Shown: positions 9,236 through 17,856 of the stretch, piece after piece
Position numbering within the stretch: position 1 is the first letter of the stretch
Layout: each line of letters opens with the position of its first letter
Assembly (NCBI GenBank): GCA_902500755.1
Contig: CABVRV010000003.1
Coordinates: 9,471 to 73,470 of the forward strand
Length of the DNA stretch: 64,000 bases
Origin: an uncultured Nitrospira sp.
Lineage (GTDB): Bacteria; Nitrospirota; Nitrospiria; Nitrospirales; Nitrospiraceae
Direction: 5' to 3'
The notes under the pieces: generated by a model
What the model saw: the letters and a program-made list of their open reading frames with translations, nothing else
What the model was told of the DNA's origin: nothing
Database searches by the model: none
Program-made: the position numbers and the translations under genes

Positions 9236-9475
9236 TCATGCCTCTCTCGACTTGCCCGAGCGACTGTGCATCCACTCATGAATGTCGCGGCGAAGAAAGC
9301 GCCAATGCTTTCCAATCTTCGAAGCTGGCAGTTCACCGACCCGCGCGAGTTTGTAGACGGTGGATTTCGGCACCCGGAGGAACTTTGCGACCTCCATCAC
9401 GGTCAGGATTTCCCCGTCCCGAGCGGGCGCGCCATCCAACTGGTTCCCCGTTATTGTAGGTCCATCACTATTCAT
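9236..9475 (-). CDS. Small excisionase/MerR-like HTH DNA-binding protein (HTH_17 type)
   Basis: ILTVMEVAKFLRVPKSTVYKLARVGELPASKIGKHWRFLRRDIHEWM. Confidence 0.88.
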   Translation of the reverse strand: MNSDGPTITGNQLDGAPARDGEILTVMEVAKFLRVPKSTVYKLARVGELPASKIGKHWRFLRRDIHEWMHSRSGKSREA

Positions 9476-9485
9476 GACACCTGAG

Positions 9486-9513
9486 GTATCGGCGGAGCGG
9501 TTTCAAAACTTGA
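9486..9513 (-). promoter_or_regulatory. sigma28 promoter for the HTH gene
   Basis: Minus strand TCAAGTTT-N12-GCCGATAC. Confidence 0.72.
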
Positions 9514-9585
9514 GTCGGTGCTATACTCAGATCCCAGACTTGGGGACCGGTTCCTTCCCACTGCATGTGGATGGGTTATGTCCGT

Positions 9586-9612
9586 TCAGGTTTTCCAGAG
9601 GCGAACCGAAGA
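9586..9612 (+). promoter_or_regulatory. Possible weak sigma28 promoter for the FlhG/MinD paralog
   Basis: TCAGGTTT-N11-ACCGAAGA; the -10 matches only 5/8. Confidence 0.3.
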
Positions 9613-9652
9613 AGATGTACCACTCGGCTCAGACCAATAGGAACTGATCTCA

Positions 9653-10552
9653 ATGGCACATATCATCTCTATCGCGTCGGGAAAAGGAGGAGTCGGAAAA
9701 AGTGTGGTCGCATCCAACCTGGCACTCGTCCTGGCAAGGAAGGGCAAGCAGGTCGTGCTCGCAGATCTCGATATTGGAGGGGCGGACGCTCACGTGCTGT
9801 TCGGCCTTCTCCATCCAACGCACACCTTGACCGATTTTCTCACTCATCGCGTCGAACGGCTGGATGATGTGGCTCAACCCCTGCCGATTCATAGCTCGTT
9901 GCGTCTGATCCCTGGAACGGGGGATACGCTGGCAACAGCCAACATGTCCTACTCGCAGAAGAAACGTCTCATCCGAAGCTTTCAAGACATCCTTGCGGAT
10001 GTGATCATTGTCGATATCGGAGCGGGAACAAGCTACCATGCCCTCGATTTTTTTCTGATGGCCGACCATCATCTCGTCGTGGCCACGCCAGACCCGACCT
10101 CCGTTCTGGATCTGTATCGCTTCATTAAGCTGGCCGCCATTCGGCGCGTCTTGTCGATGTTCTTAATGCGGGAGGTCATGGCGGAAGGTCTTGCCAATCG
10201 AGATTACAGCAGCGTGGAGGAAGTCTTGGAAGCGGCTGGGAAGACCGACGAATCGGGACGAACACTCGCCGCATCGACCTTGGGAGCTTTTCAACCGGCC
10301 CTCGTTCTTAATCGCGTGTCAGGGCGCGCTCGTGTGAACGTGCCGCAGCTAAAGAAACTGCTGAAGGAGTATGTCGGCGGTGATTTACTGTTACTGGGAC
10401 AGATTCCTGACGATCCCGCGATGGAACAAGCCGTTCGTGCCTACGTTCCGGTGGTCCACCATGCTCCCTCTTCCCCTGGCGCCACGGCACTGGTAAAGAC
10501 AGCGGAAGCTCTGGTTCAGCTCCTCTCCACCTCTGCCACTCAAGCAGCCTAG
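9653..10552 (+). CDS. MinD/FlhG(FleN)-family ATPase, second paralog
   Basis: ISIASGKGGVGKS deviant Walker A, DLDIGGAD, VDIGAG, VATPDPTSVLDLY. Confidence 0.88.
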   Translation: MAHIISIASGKGGVGKSVVASNLALVLARKGKQVVLADLDIGGADAHVLFGLLHPTHTLTDFLTHRVERLDDVAQPLPIHSSLRLIPGTGDTLATANMSYSQKKRLIRSFQDILADVIIVDIGAGTSYHALDFFLMADHHLVVATPDPTSVLDLYRFIKLAAIRRVLSMFLMREVMAEGLANRDYSSVEEVLEAAGKTDESGRTLAASTLGAFQPALVLNRVSGRARVNVPQLKKLLKEYVGGDLLLLGQIPDDPAMEQAVRAYVPVVHHAPSSPGATALVKTAEALVQLLSTSATQAA

Positions 10553-10560
10553 TTGACCGC

Positions 10561-11184
10561 TTAGGAAAGCGGATTCGAAGCAGCCGCCTTGCGGCGAGAT
10601 CTCAACTGTTCAGCTTGTACCTGAAGAATATGGCGGATGAGGTGCTCCTGATCATCCGGCTTGAGATCGACGAACTCGGTGGCAATTGCATACCCTTGAC
10701 CACCAGCCTGCGGCATCGCTCGAATAACCCTGACGGTCGCCTTGATCAGGATGAATGGAGGAAGAATCAGCTTCAGCGCAAGCTGATCACCGGTGGATAA
10801 TTCCCGACCCGACAGGAAACTCACACCCCCGCCGCTCAAATTGACATCCATCGGTCGTGCCATAGTGACGCTGTCAGGTCGGCTGGCTGCCAAGGCATTC
10901 AGAATCACTTCAAGCAGATAATCCACCTTCATAATCCACGGTAGGACCGGGGACCCAACCAATGAATCGCCAGACCGGGCAAGAAGGTCCGCCGTCGGTT
11001 TACCCACAGCGGTAGAAATCATGTCGGCAGTTGGAGCACCTGCCTCGACAGCAAGTGTGTGGCCGGACTCCATCAACACTCGATACTCCATCAACACCCG
11101 GTCATCGACTCTGATCCATTCGCGCCGTTCGTCCTGGGTGGTCGTGGATGGAGCTTCCATTGGGGTCGTCATGTGCGACGTCAT
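10561..11184 (-). CDS. PilZ-domain c-di-GMP receptor
   Basis: RREWIR (RxxxR) and NLSGGG (D/NxSxxG). Confidence 0.88.
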   Translation of the reverse strand: MTSHMTTPMEAPSTTTQDERREWIRVDDRVLMEYRVLMESGHTLAVEAGAPTADMISTAVGKPTADLLARSGDSLVGSPVLPWIMKVDYLLEVILNALAASRPDSVTMARPMDVNLSGGGVSFLSGRELSTGDQLALKLILPPFILIKATVRVIRAMPQAGGQGYAIATEFVDLKPDDQEHLIRHILQVQAEQLRSRRKAAASNPLS

Positions 11185-11203
11185 GATCGTCTCACGTCTG
11201 ACA

Positions 11204-11993
11204 TTATGCGGCCAGACTCAGCGCCATGGCAAAGGCTAAAGCCGGATCGCCGGCTGACTGGCCAAGTCGGTCGTTGACCACTTCAAAATAGTCCAGCCCG
11301 AGCAGCAATAAGCACGCTGGAACTTTATAGCGAAGCCCGACCCTTAACTCACGAGTCAATGCGCCTTCGAATGCCTGTGTATGAAACACCAGAGTGAGAG
11401 GGTCTCGTAGGGTGGTGTCACGCGTGCGCCGACAGACAGCAAGATTCTTCAAGCAGAGCGTCAGGACCATACCTACCGCGTCAATCAATTGGCGCTCCCA
11501 CGCTGTGTAGGGCTGCGTACTTTTTCGTTGAACGACGAGAAGACTTTCCTCTTCCTCACCGATCATCAAGGGCAATTCATGACCATTTCGTGGACTCCCC
11601 ATCAAGCTCACCTGGCTAAACGGTCGAAATGAGCGCATGCGAAGAGTGTTGAGGAGGAACAAGTCGAAGCGAAATCGATCGTTGAACGGTGACAGCAGGC
11701 AGGCGACCAAGTCGTCGGAGGAGGTAACGACGGAGACGTGCCTCCTGTTCTCGGCTCCGATCGTCAGACCAGATCCTTACGTGCTCATGGCTTGACCGAG
11801 CAATCCCGATGACTTCAGTAGGAATCGCTATTGGCAATTTTTTCGCCATGGTCCCGATGATGTCGTTTTCATCTGAGCATTCAGCGAGTTCGGCAAGGAG
11901 CTGATGGAACACTTCAAGTTGTTGGGTTAGCGGCAGTGGGTCGTGATCTTCTGATCGTTGTAGATCAACTGGGGATCGCTCTTCGCTTGCCAT
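11204..11993 (-). pseudogene. Disrupted GAF-like sensor + diguanylate cyclase (GGDEF domain truncated)
   Basis: Two overlapping ORFs (11616-11993, 11204-11710); the second has RDPLTLVF..LLGLDYFEVVNDRLGQSAGD and stops before any GG(D/E)EF. Confidence 0.75.
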
Positions 11994-12011
11994 TGCCCGT
12001 TCCTAGTGCGA

Positions 12012-12338
12012 CTAGGCTTCCACGGACATCGCCTCGGGTGCTGAAGCCGGCACACCGAGCCGTTGACGTAGTCCTTGTAATCGGTGTCTTGTCGCCGTCG
12101 TCTGGCCTAACAACGACGTCAGCACGGCTTGTGCGGTCTGTACCTGGTCGCGGATCTGTCTATCCAACTTGAGGACTTCTTGCGCCGAGGAAACTGGCAT
12201 CCCCGTCGATTCCAGTAGAACCCCTCTCTCCCGATAACATTGGATGACCGCATCCCACTGCCCCAATCGAGCGGCCTCACAGGCCGTCTGTGTGAGTCTC
12301 ACGATCTCAGCCTGACGGTTAACGCTCATCGAATTCAT
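12012..12338 (-). CDS. FliT-like flagellar chaperone
   Basis: After fliS with ATGA overlap; GQWDAV..RERGVLL..LDRQI pattern. Confidence 0.6.
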   Translation of the reverse strand: MNSMSVNRQAEIVRLTQTACEAARLGQWDAVIQCYRERGVLLESTGMPVSSAQEVLKLDRQIRDQVQTAQAVLTSLLGQTTATRHRLQGLRQRLGVPASAPEAMSVEA

Positions 12339-12730
12339 CGCACTCCTGCCAATCGAGGTTGCTGCTGAGCGGCGACCTCCCGCCACGCTTCACGCAAGGT
12401 GCTCAGGCAGCGCAAAGGAGCGTCGAGCTTCTTCTCGTTATTCTTAGCATTGGCTTCGACGAGTTCCGCCAACATATAGTCGTACAATCTCCGCAGTGAC
12501 CGTGCAATGTCTCCGCCTTGTTCGTAATCGAGTACGCTGTTCAGCTCTCCAATGATCGCGATGGCCCGCCCCAGATGCCGCGCCTTCTCTCGGATATTCT
12601 TCGCCTGGATCTCACGTCTGGCAATCTCAATCGAGTGTATCGCGCCGTCGTATAACAACACGATCAACTGGAGGCCGGAAGACGTAACGACCTGAGTCTG
12701 TTCATACTGACGAGCGTACTGAGTGAGCAT
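12335..12730 (-). CDS. fliS: Flagellin chaperone FliS
   Basis: LIVLLYDGAI, IIGELNSVLDYEQGGDIARSLRRLYDY, LREAW. Confidence 0.95.
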   Translation of the reverse strand: MLTQYARQYEQTQVVTSSGLQLIVLLYDGAIHSIEIARREIQAKNIREKARHLGRAIAIIGELNSVLDYEQGGDIARSLRRLYDYMLAELVEANAKNNEKKLDAPLRCLSTLREAWREVAAQQQPRLAGVR

Positions 12731-12750
12731 GGCTGATCTTCCCCGTTTGA

Positions 12751-14148
12751 TTATTGATTCGATGAAGACTGTGATTCAAGGAAGCTGCTTTGCCCCTGGA
12801 GCTGCCGCAAGAGCCCATCCAACGCGGCGAATTGGCGTCTCAGTCGTTCTTCGTAACGACTCAGGGCATCCTCTTGCCTTGTGATGTCGTTTCCAACTCG
12901 GCTAATCTCGCTGGTTAAGCCGTTTTTCCGAAGCGTGAGAGCACCGCCTACGACATCATTCAACGCGTCTACTGTCGATACGAGAGACTGGGCCAGGCCG
13001 GTCGCCGCTCCCTGGTTGGCAAAGAGTGTCTTCACTGCGCTGTAATTTGTGCTCAAGGCGGTGGTCAGCTGTCCATCGTCGACTGTCAGGGTTCCATCTC
13101 GCTCGGTCTTGAATCCGATTTGTCCGACACTGCTGTAGGTGGGGGCTCCGCTGACCGAGGATGAGAGGGCCGTTCTGAGTTGAGCAATCACGGTTCTGAC
13201 GGACGACTCGTTGAAAAATACCCCTCCCTGCTTCGTTGTCACGTCGTAGGTGGTCCGTTCATTGATGAATTTGACCACCTCGTTGTACGCCGTTGCCAAG
13301 GCTTTGATGTTCGTCTTGACGGCATTCAGGTCTTGGGACAGGCTCACCTGAACCGTCTCCGTTCCTGTCGTCTTTGTGAGCGTGAGAGACAGTCCCGGGA
13401 TTGCGTCGGAGATCGTGTTCGAACTGCGTTGGATCGTCAGCGGACTGAGCGCCTGATCCCCGATCTGGATCTCCGCATTCTGCGCGGCGGACAAGGTATC
13501 GCTTCCGCCCGTGCCGCTGCCGTTCAGGAGATCCAAGTCCGTCCCGTCGGCCACAATGGTAATCGCCTGGTCGCTGCCTGTGTTGGTGGAAGAAAGGGCC
13601 AAGCGGTACGAAGGAGCGGCCTCCGTTCCGGTGTTGATCAACGAGGCCGTCACCCCAGCCCCAAGATCAGTAATCTGATCCCGTAAGTCTGTCAGGGTAG
13701 CTGTTGCTCCCAAATTCACGGTTTGGTTCGCTCCAGACCCCACCTTGAAGGTGAATGTGGCCGACCCTCCGCCGACGATGTCCGTGGTCTCGGATGAGAC
13801 GGCTTTGGCTGCCTTACTGACGATTTGATGGGATTGTGCAAGTTGAGTGACTCGAATGCTGTACGTTCCCGATGTTCCTGATGAAGAGGCCGAGACGGAG
13901 AGTACCGTTGAGTCCGTCACCGAGGCGGTTGTCCTATCGAACGACGTCGAAAGCCGGAGCGCCTCGGCGGCGCTTTGGAACGCCGCCACTTTGGTCCTCA
14001 CGGTGGTCAAATCTGTGAGTTTGGTATTGAGATCGGTTCTTTTTTTGGTCAGTCGATCAACCGGCAGCTGTGCAACCTTCACCAGTTGATCGACAACCTG
14101 ACCAAAATCCAGCCCGTTCCCAAGGCCTCCAAAACTTATCGTCGGCAT
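12751..14148 (-). CDS. fliD: Filament cap FliD
   Basis: ISFGGLGNGLDF, VTQLAQSH, SNTISDAIPGLSLTL, LRRQFAALD. Confidence 0.95.
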   Translation of the reverse strand: MPTISFGGLGNGLDFGQVVDQLVKVAQLPVDRLTKKRTDLNTKLTDLTTVRTKVAAFQSAAEALRLSTSFDRTTASVTDSTVLSVSASSSGTSGTYSIRVTQLAQSHQIVSKAAKAVSSETTDIVGGGSATFTFKVGSGANQTVNLGATATLTDLRDQITDLGAGVTASLINTGTEAAPSYRLALSSTNTGSDQAITIVADGTDLDLLNGSGTGGSDTLSAAQNAEIQIGDQALSPLTIQRSSNTISDAIPGLSLTLTKTTGTETVQVSLSQDLNAVKTNIKALATAYNEVVKFINERTTYDVTTKQGGVFFNESSVRTVIAQLRTALSSSVSGAPTYSSVGQIGFKTERDGTLTVDDGQLTTALSTNYSAVKTLFANQGAATGLAQSLVSTVDALNDVVGGALTLRKNGLTSEISRVGNDITRQEDALSRYEERLRRQFAALDGLLRQLQGQSSFLESQSSSNQ

Positions 14149-14169
14149 CTCACATCCTTGTGTGTCAGA

Positions 14170-14529
14170 TCAAACATGCTCCTCAAAGAGCAGGCCTTTA
14201 TGATTCGCCAAGTCCTTGGCGAGATCGATCACCTCCTGAGGAGGGATCTGTCGAATCACGTCTCCGGTGTCTCCGTTCAAGATCTTGACGACGACCCGGT
14301 GAAGGTCTTGATCCACTTCGATCTGCAACTGTGATCCCGATTGTTGCAGAGTTTCTCTCACCTTGCCCACGGCTTGTTCAAGCGCCACACGGTGCGTCGG
14401 AGACGCAGGACTAAAGTCCGAACCGTGCGTACGCTCGGCCACGCGCGCGTTCATTGGAAGCGCATCGGCCTGACTCGTACGGCTGGCAGTGGTCGGGAGA
14501 TCCACCTTCGATGTAACATTGGTGATCAT
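14170..14529 (-). CDS. flaG: FlaG
   Basis: VVKILNGDTGDVIRQIPPQEVI..GLLF. Confidence 0.92.
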   Translation of the reverse strand: MITNVTSKVDLPTTASRTSQADALPMNARVAERTHGSDFSPASPTHRVALEQAVGKVRETLQQSGSQLQIEVDQDLHRVVVKILNGDTGDVIRQIPPQEVIDLAKDLANHKGLLFEEHV

Positions 14530-14552
14530 GATAGCCCCCCTTTGTCACTCCA

Positions 14553-14592
14553 TTCACCTGGCCCCTCTCCTAGTAGGGAGAGGGGCGGTGAA
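14553..14592. terminator. Stem-loop between flagellin and flaG (partial terminator or mRNA stabiliser)
   Basis: ttcacc tg gcccctctcc - loop - ggagaggggc ggtgaa. Confidence 0.55.
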
Positions 14593-14604
14593 CGATGTGC
14601 TGCC

Positions 14605-15432
14605 TTATCCTCTGAGTAGAGCCAGCGCCTGTTGCGGGAGCGTATTGGCTTGTGCCAGCGTGGCAATTCCCGCCTGCACCAAGATCTGATTCTTCGTGAA
14701 TATGGATGTCTCGAGTGCGATATCGGCATCTCGGATCCGCGATTCTGCAGCCGTGAGATTTTCGCTCGTGACCTGCAGATTTGCGATCGTCGCCTCAAAC
14801 CGGTTCTGAATGGAACCGTATTCGGCTCGTGCCGTTGCAATCGCGCTGATCGCATTGTCGATATTCGCCAACGAACTCGTCGCATTGGCGGAGGTGGAAA
14901 CGTTCACCGAGGACAATCCCAACGAGGTGGTCGTGATGTCGTTGAGATCCAGGCTCAGCGTATTCCCCGCGCCACTGCGGAAGCCGATGGCGATGGAGAA
15001 GCTGATCGTGCTGCCACTGGTCAGCGCCTGACCGTTGAACTCGGTCACTTGGGCGATCCGGTCGATTTCCGAACGCAGAGCGATGAACTCTTGATCGATG
15101 TAAGACCGTTCTGTATTCCCGACCGTCCCGCTCGCGGACTGTGAAGACAGCTCACGGAGCCGAGCCAGCAGTGAGCCGATGGTGGCAGCCGCGCCGTCGG
15201 CAATCTGCGTGAGGCTGATGCCGTCCGAGGCATTTCGAGTCGCCTGATTGATGCTGCGAATCTGCGCCCGCAAGGACTCGGACAAACCAAGGCCCGCGGC
15301 ATCATCCGCAGCTCGTGTCACCCGAAGGCCGGATGACAACCGTTCCACCGAACGGTTCAAACTCAGGGTGTTAATCGAGAGGTTCCGCTGAGCCGCGATA
15401 GACGCGGGGTTGTTATTAACGATAAGAGCCAT
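14605..15432 (-). CDS. fliC: Flagellin (275 aa, minimal, essentially D0/D1 only)
   Basis: ERLSSGLRVTRAADDAAGL, AESRIRDADIA, LAQANTLPQQALALL. Confidence 0.97.
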   Translation of the reverse strand: MALIVNNNPASIAAQRNLSINTLSLNRSVERLSSGLRVTRAADDAAGLGLSESLRAQIRSINQATRNASDGISLTQIADGAAATIGSLLARLRELSSQSASGTVGNTERSYIDQEFIALRSEIDRIAQVTEFNGQALTSGSTISFSIAIGFRSGAGNTLSLDLNDITTTSLGLSSVNVSTSANATSSLANIDNAISAIATARAEYGSIQNRFEATIANLQVTSENLTAAESRIRDADIALETSIFTKNQILVQAGIATLAQANTLPQQALALLRG

Positions 15433-15439
15433 TGCTCTT

Positions 15440-15495
15440 CCTCCTTGAAACTAGAACACCATCCGTTGCTGTGCTTCCGACATCCGTGCAGAAGC
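15440..15495 (-). promoter_or_regulatory. Candidate CsrA-binding GGA sites in the flagellin leader
   Basis: mRNA-sense GCACGGAUGU in a gcttc/gaagc stem, CAACGGAUGG, and CAAGGAGG overlapping the SD. Confidence 0.55.
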
Positions 15496-15530
15496 CGTAT
15501 TCCCTTACGCCTGTTCGTGGCGTGCTTGTC

Positions 15531-15557
15531 TTATCGGCGAATCCCAAGGGGACTTGA
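15531..15557 (-). promoter_or_regulatory. sigma28 promoter for flagellin
   Basis: Minus strand TCAA-N15-GCCGATAA. Confidence 0.85.
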
Positions 15558-15624
15558 GCCTGTAGAGCAACTGCCAGAGAGCGGAATAACCGTTCTGCAA
15601 CGGATTAGAACGAATAGGGTCGTC

Positions 15625-16152
15625 TCAGGACGAAAGCCTTGGCAGGATTTCGTATTCCAGCAAATCGGCCATACGAACCGTATCGCTGAGGTATCGCGCG
15701 CCAAGAAGTTCTTCTATCCATCCCGCGATAGTTCGAACATCTGAATCAGCTGCAGGATTTGGGGCGTTGTTTCCGATCAATTCCAGCAGATCGGCCACCT
15801 TACCTAACCACCGATCCAGCGAAGACATGTCTTGCATCCCCAGTCGGAGCTGACCCACCAGTGAGCGTCCTTCCTGGATGACGAGCTCACGGTATCGGTT
15901 GATCGATCCGCGGGCGGCATGGATGATCTCCGCCTGCGTCAGCGACGTCGCAACAAGATTGCTGAACTTGGCCGACGACTCTTGGAGAAGCCTTGGGTCG
16001 AGATCACGATCAGTAAGTTGACGACGATCGAGCGTCATAGTGGTCACAATACGAGCTTTCGCATGGGCGCGCTCGCTTAGTTCGACAAAGACGTCCCCCA
16101 ATGAGGTATCGGTGCCCGCAACCCATTGATCTTCATCTAATCTGACTTGCAT
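15625..16152 (-). CDS. Hypothetical protein between the glycosylation genes and flagellin
   Basis: 175-aa ORF with AAGGAG SD; C-terminal DTVRMADLLEYEILP. Confidence 0.75.
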   Translation of the reverse strand: MQVRLDEDQWVAGTDTSLGDVFVELSERAHAKARIVTTMTLDRRQLTDRDLDPRLLQESSAKFSNLVATSLTQAEIIHAARGSINRYRELVIQEGRSLVGQLRLGMQDMSSLDRWLGKVADLLELIGNNAPNPAADSDVRTIAGWIEELLGARYLSDTVRMADLLEYEILPRLSS

Positions 16153-16179
16153 GAGAGGTCTCCTTATCCCAACATGGAT

Positions 16180-17856
16180 TCACGCGACCTGCTGTATCGG
16201 CCCCGCCTGAGGCATGTTCAACCCGAGCTCAGACGCGAGACGGACATCGTTTGCATGCGCACCGAACAGACGTCGTTGGATGTCCAAAACCCGTGACAAA
16301 TATGTTCGATAAGCACAACCGTGATGACGCGCAAGCCGGTCCAACCCTTTGACGTTGTCGCTTTGGAGTTGTCGCAGAAAAGCAGCCGTGATCGGCGCCG
16401 TTGCGGCACTGTTCATGCCGACGAGATGGAGCCGTTGTTTTTCCACGCCCTGTTCCTGCTGAAGTTGTTTCACCTGTGACAGATTGATAGGTCCTTGGCC
16501 GGCAAGACGAGCAATCTCACCAGCTCTTCGACAGGCCGTTTCCAGAAGCGGGATCAGGCCTTGAATGGATTCCCTTGCCTGTTTTGGGTCGGGAGGAGGC
16601 CCGTCCGGCGCGGGGAGCTTGCTACAAATCCCGGTGTGGATTTCATACCAATATCGACGCCAGAAAGCGGCGTACCAAGCAGTCACGGAGGACTCCCTTC
16701 CCGCCTTCAATCGGAACCTACTCAATCCATCCTCATCTACGTCGGAGATATATACGCGTGCTCCCGAAACTGGCGACGGAAACGACGTGCTCTTCAATAC
16801 ATGGAGCAGCAGATCAGCCACGAGGTTCGGCGAAATTCGATCTTTGCAGGCATGGTGGGCACAGACCTGATCGAATCCACAGGGAGCACACTCAAGTTCA
16901 GGCTGAATCACCCAATGGCCCGTTCCGTACGGTCCGGTTTCCTGAAAATCCACATGTCCAACAGAAAGGTCAATCACCGAGGTTCCCGCCGCAACGCCGA
17001 CGTGCATGGGGCCTGTATCGTTGGTCAACAGGCTTCGGCATTCCGCCAATAGAGCAGCAAGCTGGCTCAAGGTCGTGCGGCCTGCTAGGTTTTTGACCGG
17101 ATTCCGCCCTCCCGCCTCTCGATAGACCCGCATCACTTCAGCGATCGTCGTCTCCTCCTCGGAACTGCCGATGAAAGCGAGCCCTCCATGCCATTGTTTA
17201 CTGAGCTGCGCCAGCGATACTCCAAACAGATGAGGACGCCACGCCTTCAGGACGTCACTAGCGCCGACTTGAACGGCAAGCCACTGGGACGATCCTGCCA
17301 GTGTCTCCCTGGCCCATGCGTGATCTTTGTCTGGAATTGTGATGTGCAATGGGGTAAAGGCCCCAGGGCCGCTCCCACCCAGCGCGTAGACATCCACGAG
17401 ATTGAATCGATTGAACCGACGAAATTGGTGAAAATCACAAAAATACGCCATCCATGGATTGTCGACGACCATCCCTCCGTCCCATGCGCTTCGCGCCCCG
17501 CGAATGTCCTGAGTTCCGATCGCGCCCGCCAAGAGCGCACTCGGCCGATTGAAGGTCAAATTGATGACACGATCGTACCGACGTTCGGTGAGCGGCTTCA
17601 CCCAAACATTCACGTCTTGATAGAGCGAGATCACATCTTTCACCGCCGCTCGACTCTCATCGATCAGAGCGTGAAAATCGAATGGGATCACGTGGCGCAA
17701 ACCTTTCAACAACGCCGCGACCTGAGCAAACCGACGATCCACGACCAGATCCACCGCAGCTCCTGCCCATTCTTCTTGCAGGCGACTCAATAACGCCCCC
17801 ATTTGAATGAGATCGCCCATCCGAGTAATGTTGATGATCAGCACCTGCCTGGTCAT
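16180..17856 (-). CDS. GT9 (heptosyltransferase-like) glycosyltransferase with C-terminal extension
   Basis: ITRMGDLIQ, AGRTTLSQLAALL, LLTNDTGPMHVGVAAG. Confidence 0.88.
   Translation of the reverse strand: MTRQVLIINITRMGDLIQMGALLSRLQEEWAGAAVDLVVDRRFAQVAALLKGLRHVIPFDFHALIDESRAAVKDVISLYQDVNVWVKPLTERRYDRVINLTFNRPSALLAGAIGTQDIRGARSAWDGGMVVDNPWMAYFCDFHQFRRFNRFNLVDVYALGGSGPGAFTPLHITIPDKDHAWARETLAGSSQWLAVQVGASDVLKAWRPHLFGVSLAQLSKQWHGGLAFIGSSEEETTIAEVMRVYREAGGRNPVKNLAGRTTLSQLAALLAECRSLLTNDTGPMHVGVAAGTSVIDLSVGHVDFQETGPYGTGHWVIQPELECAPCGFDQVCAHHACKDRISPNLVADLLLHVLKSTSFPSPVSGARVYISDVDEDGLSRFRLKAGRESSVTAWYAAFWRRYWYEIHTGICSKLPAPDGPPPDPKQARESIQGLIPLLETACRRAGEIARLAGQGPINLSQVKQLQQEQGVEKQRLHLVGMNSAATAPITAAFLRQLQSDNVKGLDRLARHHGCAYRTYLSRVLDIQRRLFGAHANDVRLASELGLNMPQAGPIQQVA
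16194..16220 (-). promoter_or_regulatory. Possible internal sigma28 promoter for the 175-aa ORF
   Basis: Minus strand TGAA-N15-GCCGATAC inside the GT9 3' end. Confidence 0.4.

Noticed and set aside
9236-9475. Excisionase-like gene as a prophage or ICE marker
   Set aside because: No integrase, tRNA, att repeats or phage genes nearby
14720-14727. GCCGATAT on the minus strand inside fliC, as a possible flaG/fliD promoter
   Set aside because: Explained by the conserved Ala-Asp-Ile codons of RDADIA; no TCAA-like -35 at 15-16 nt
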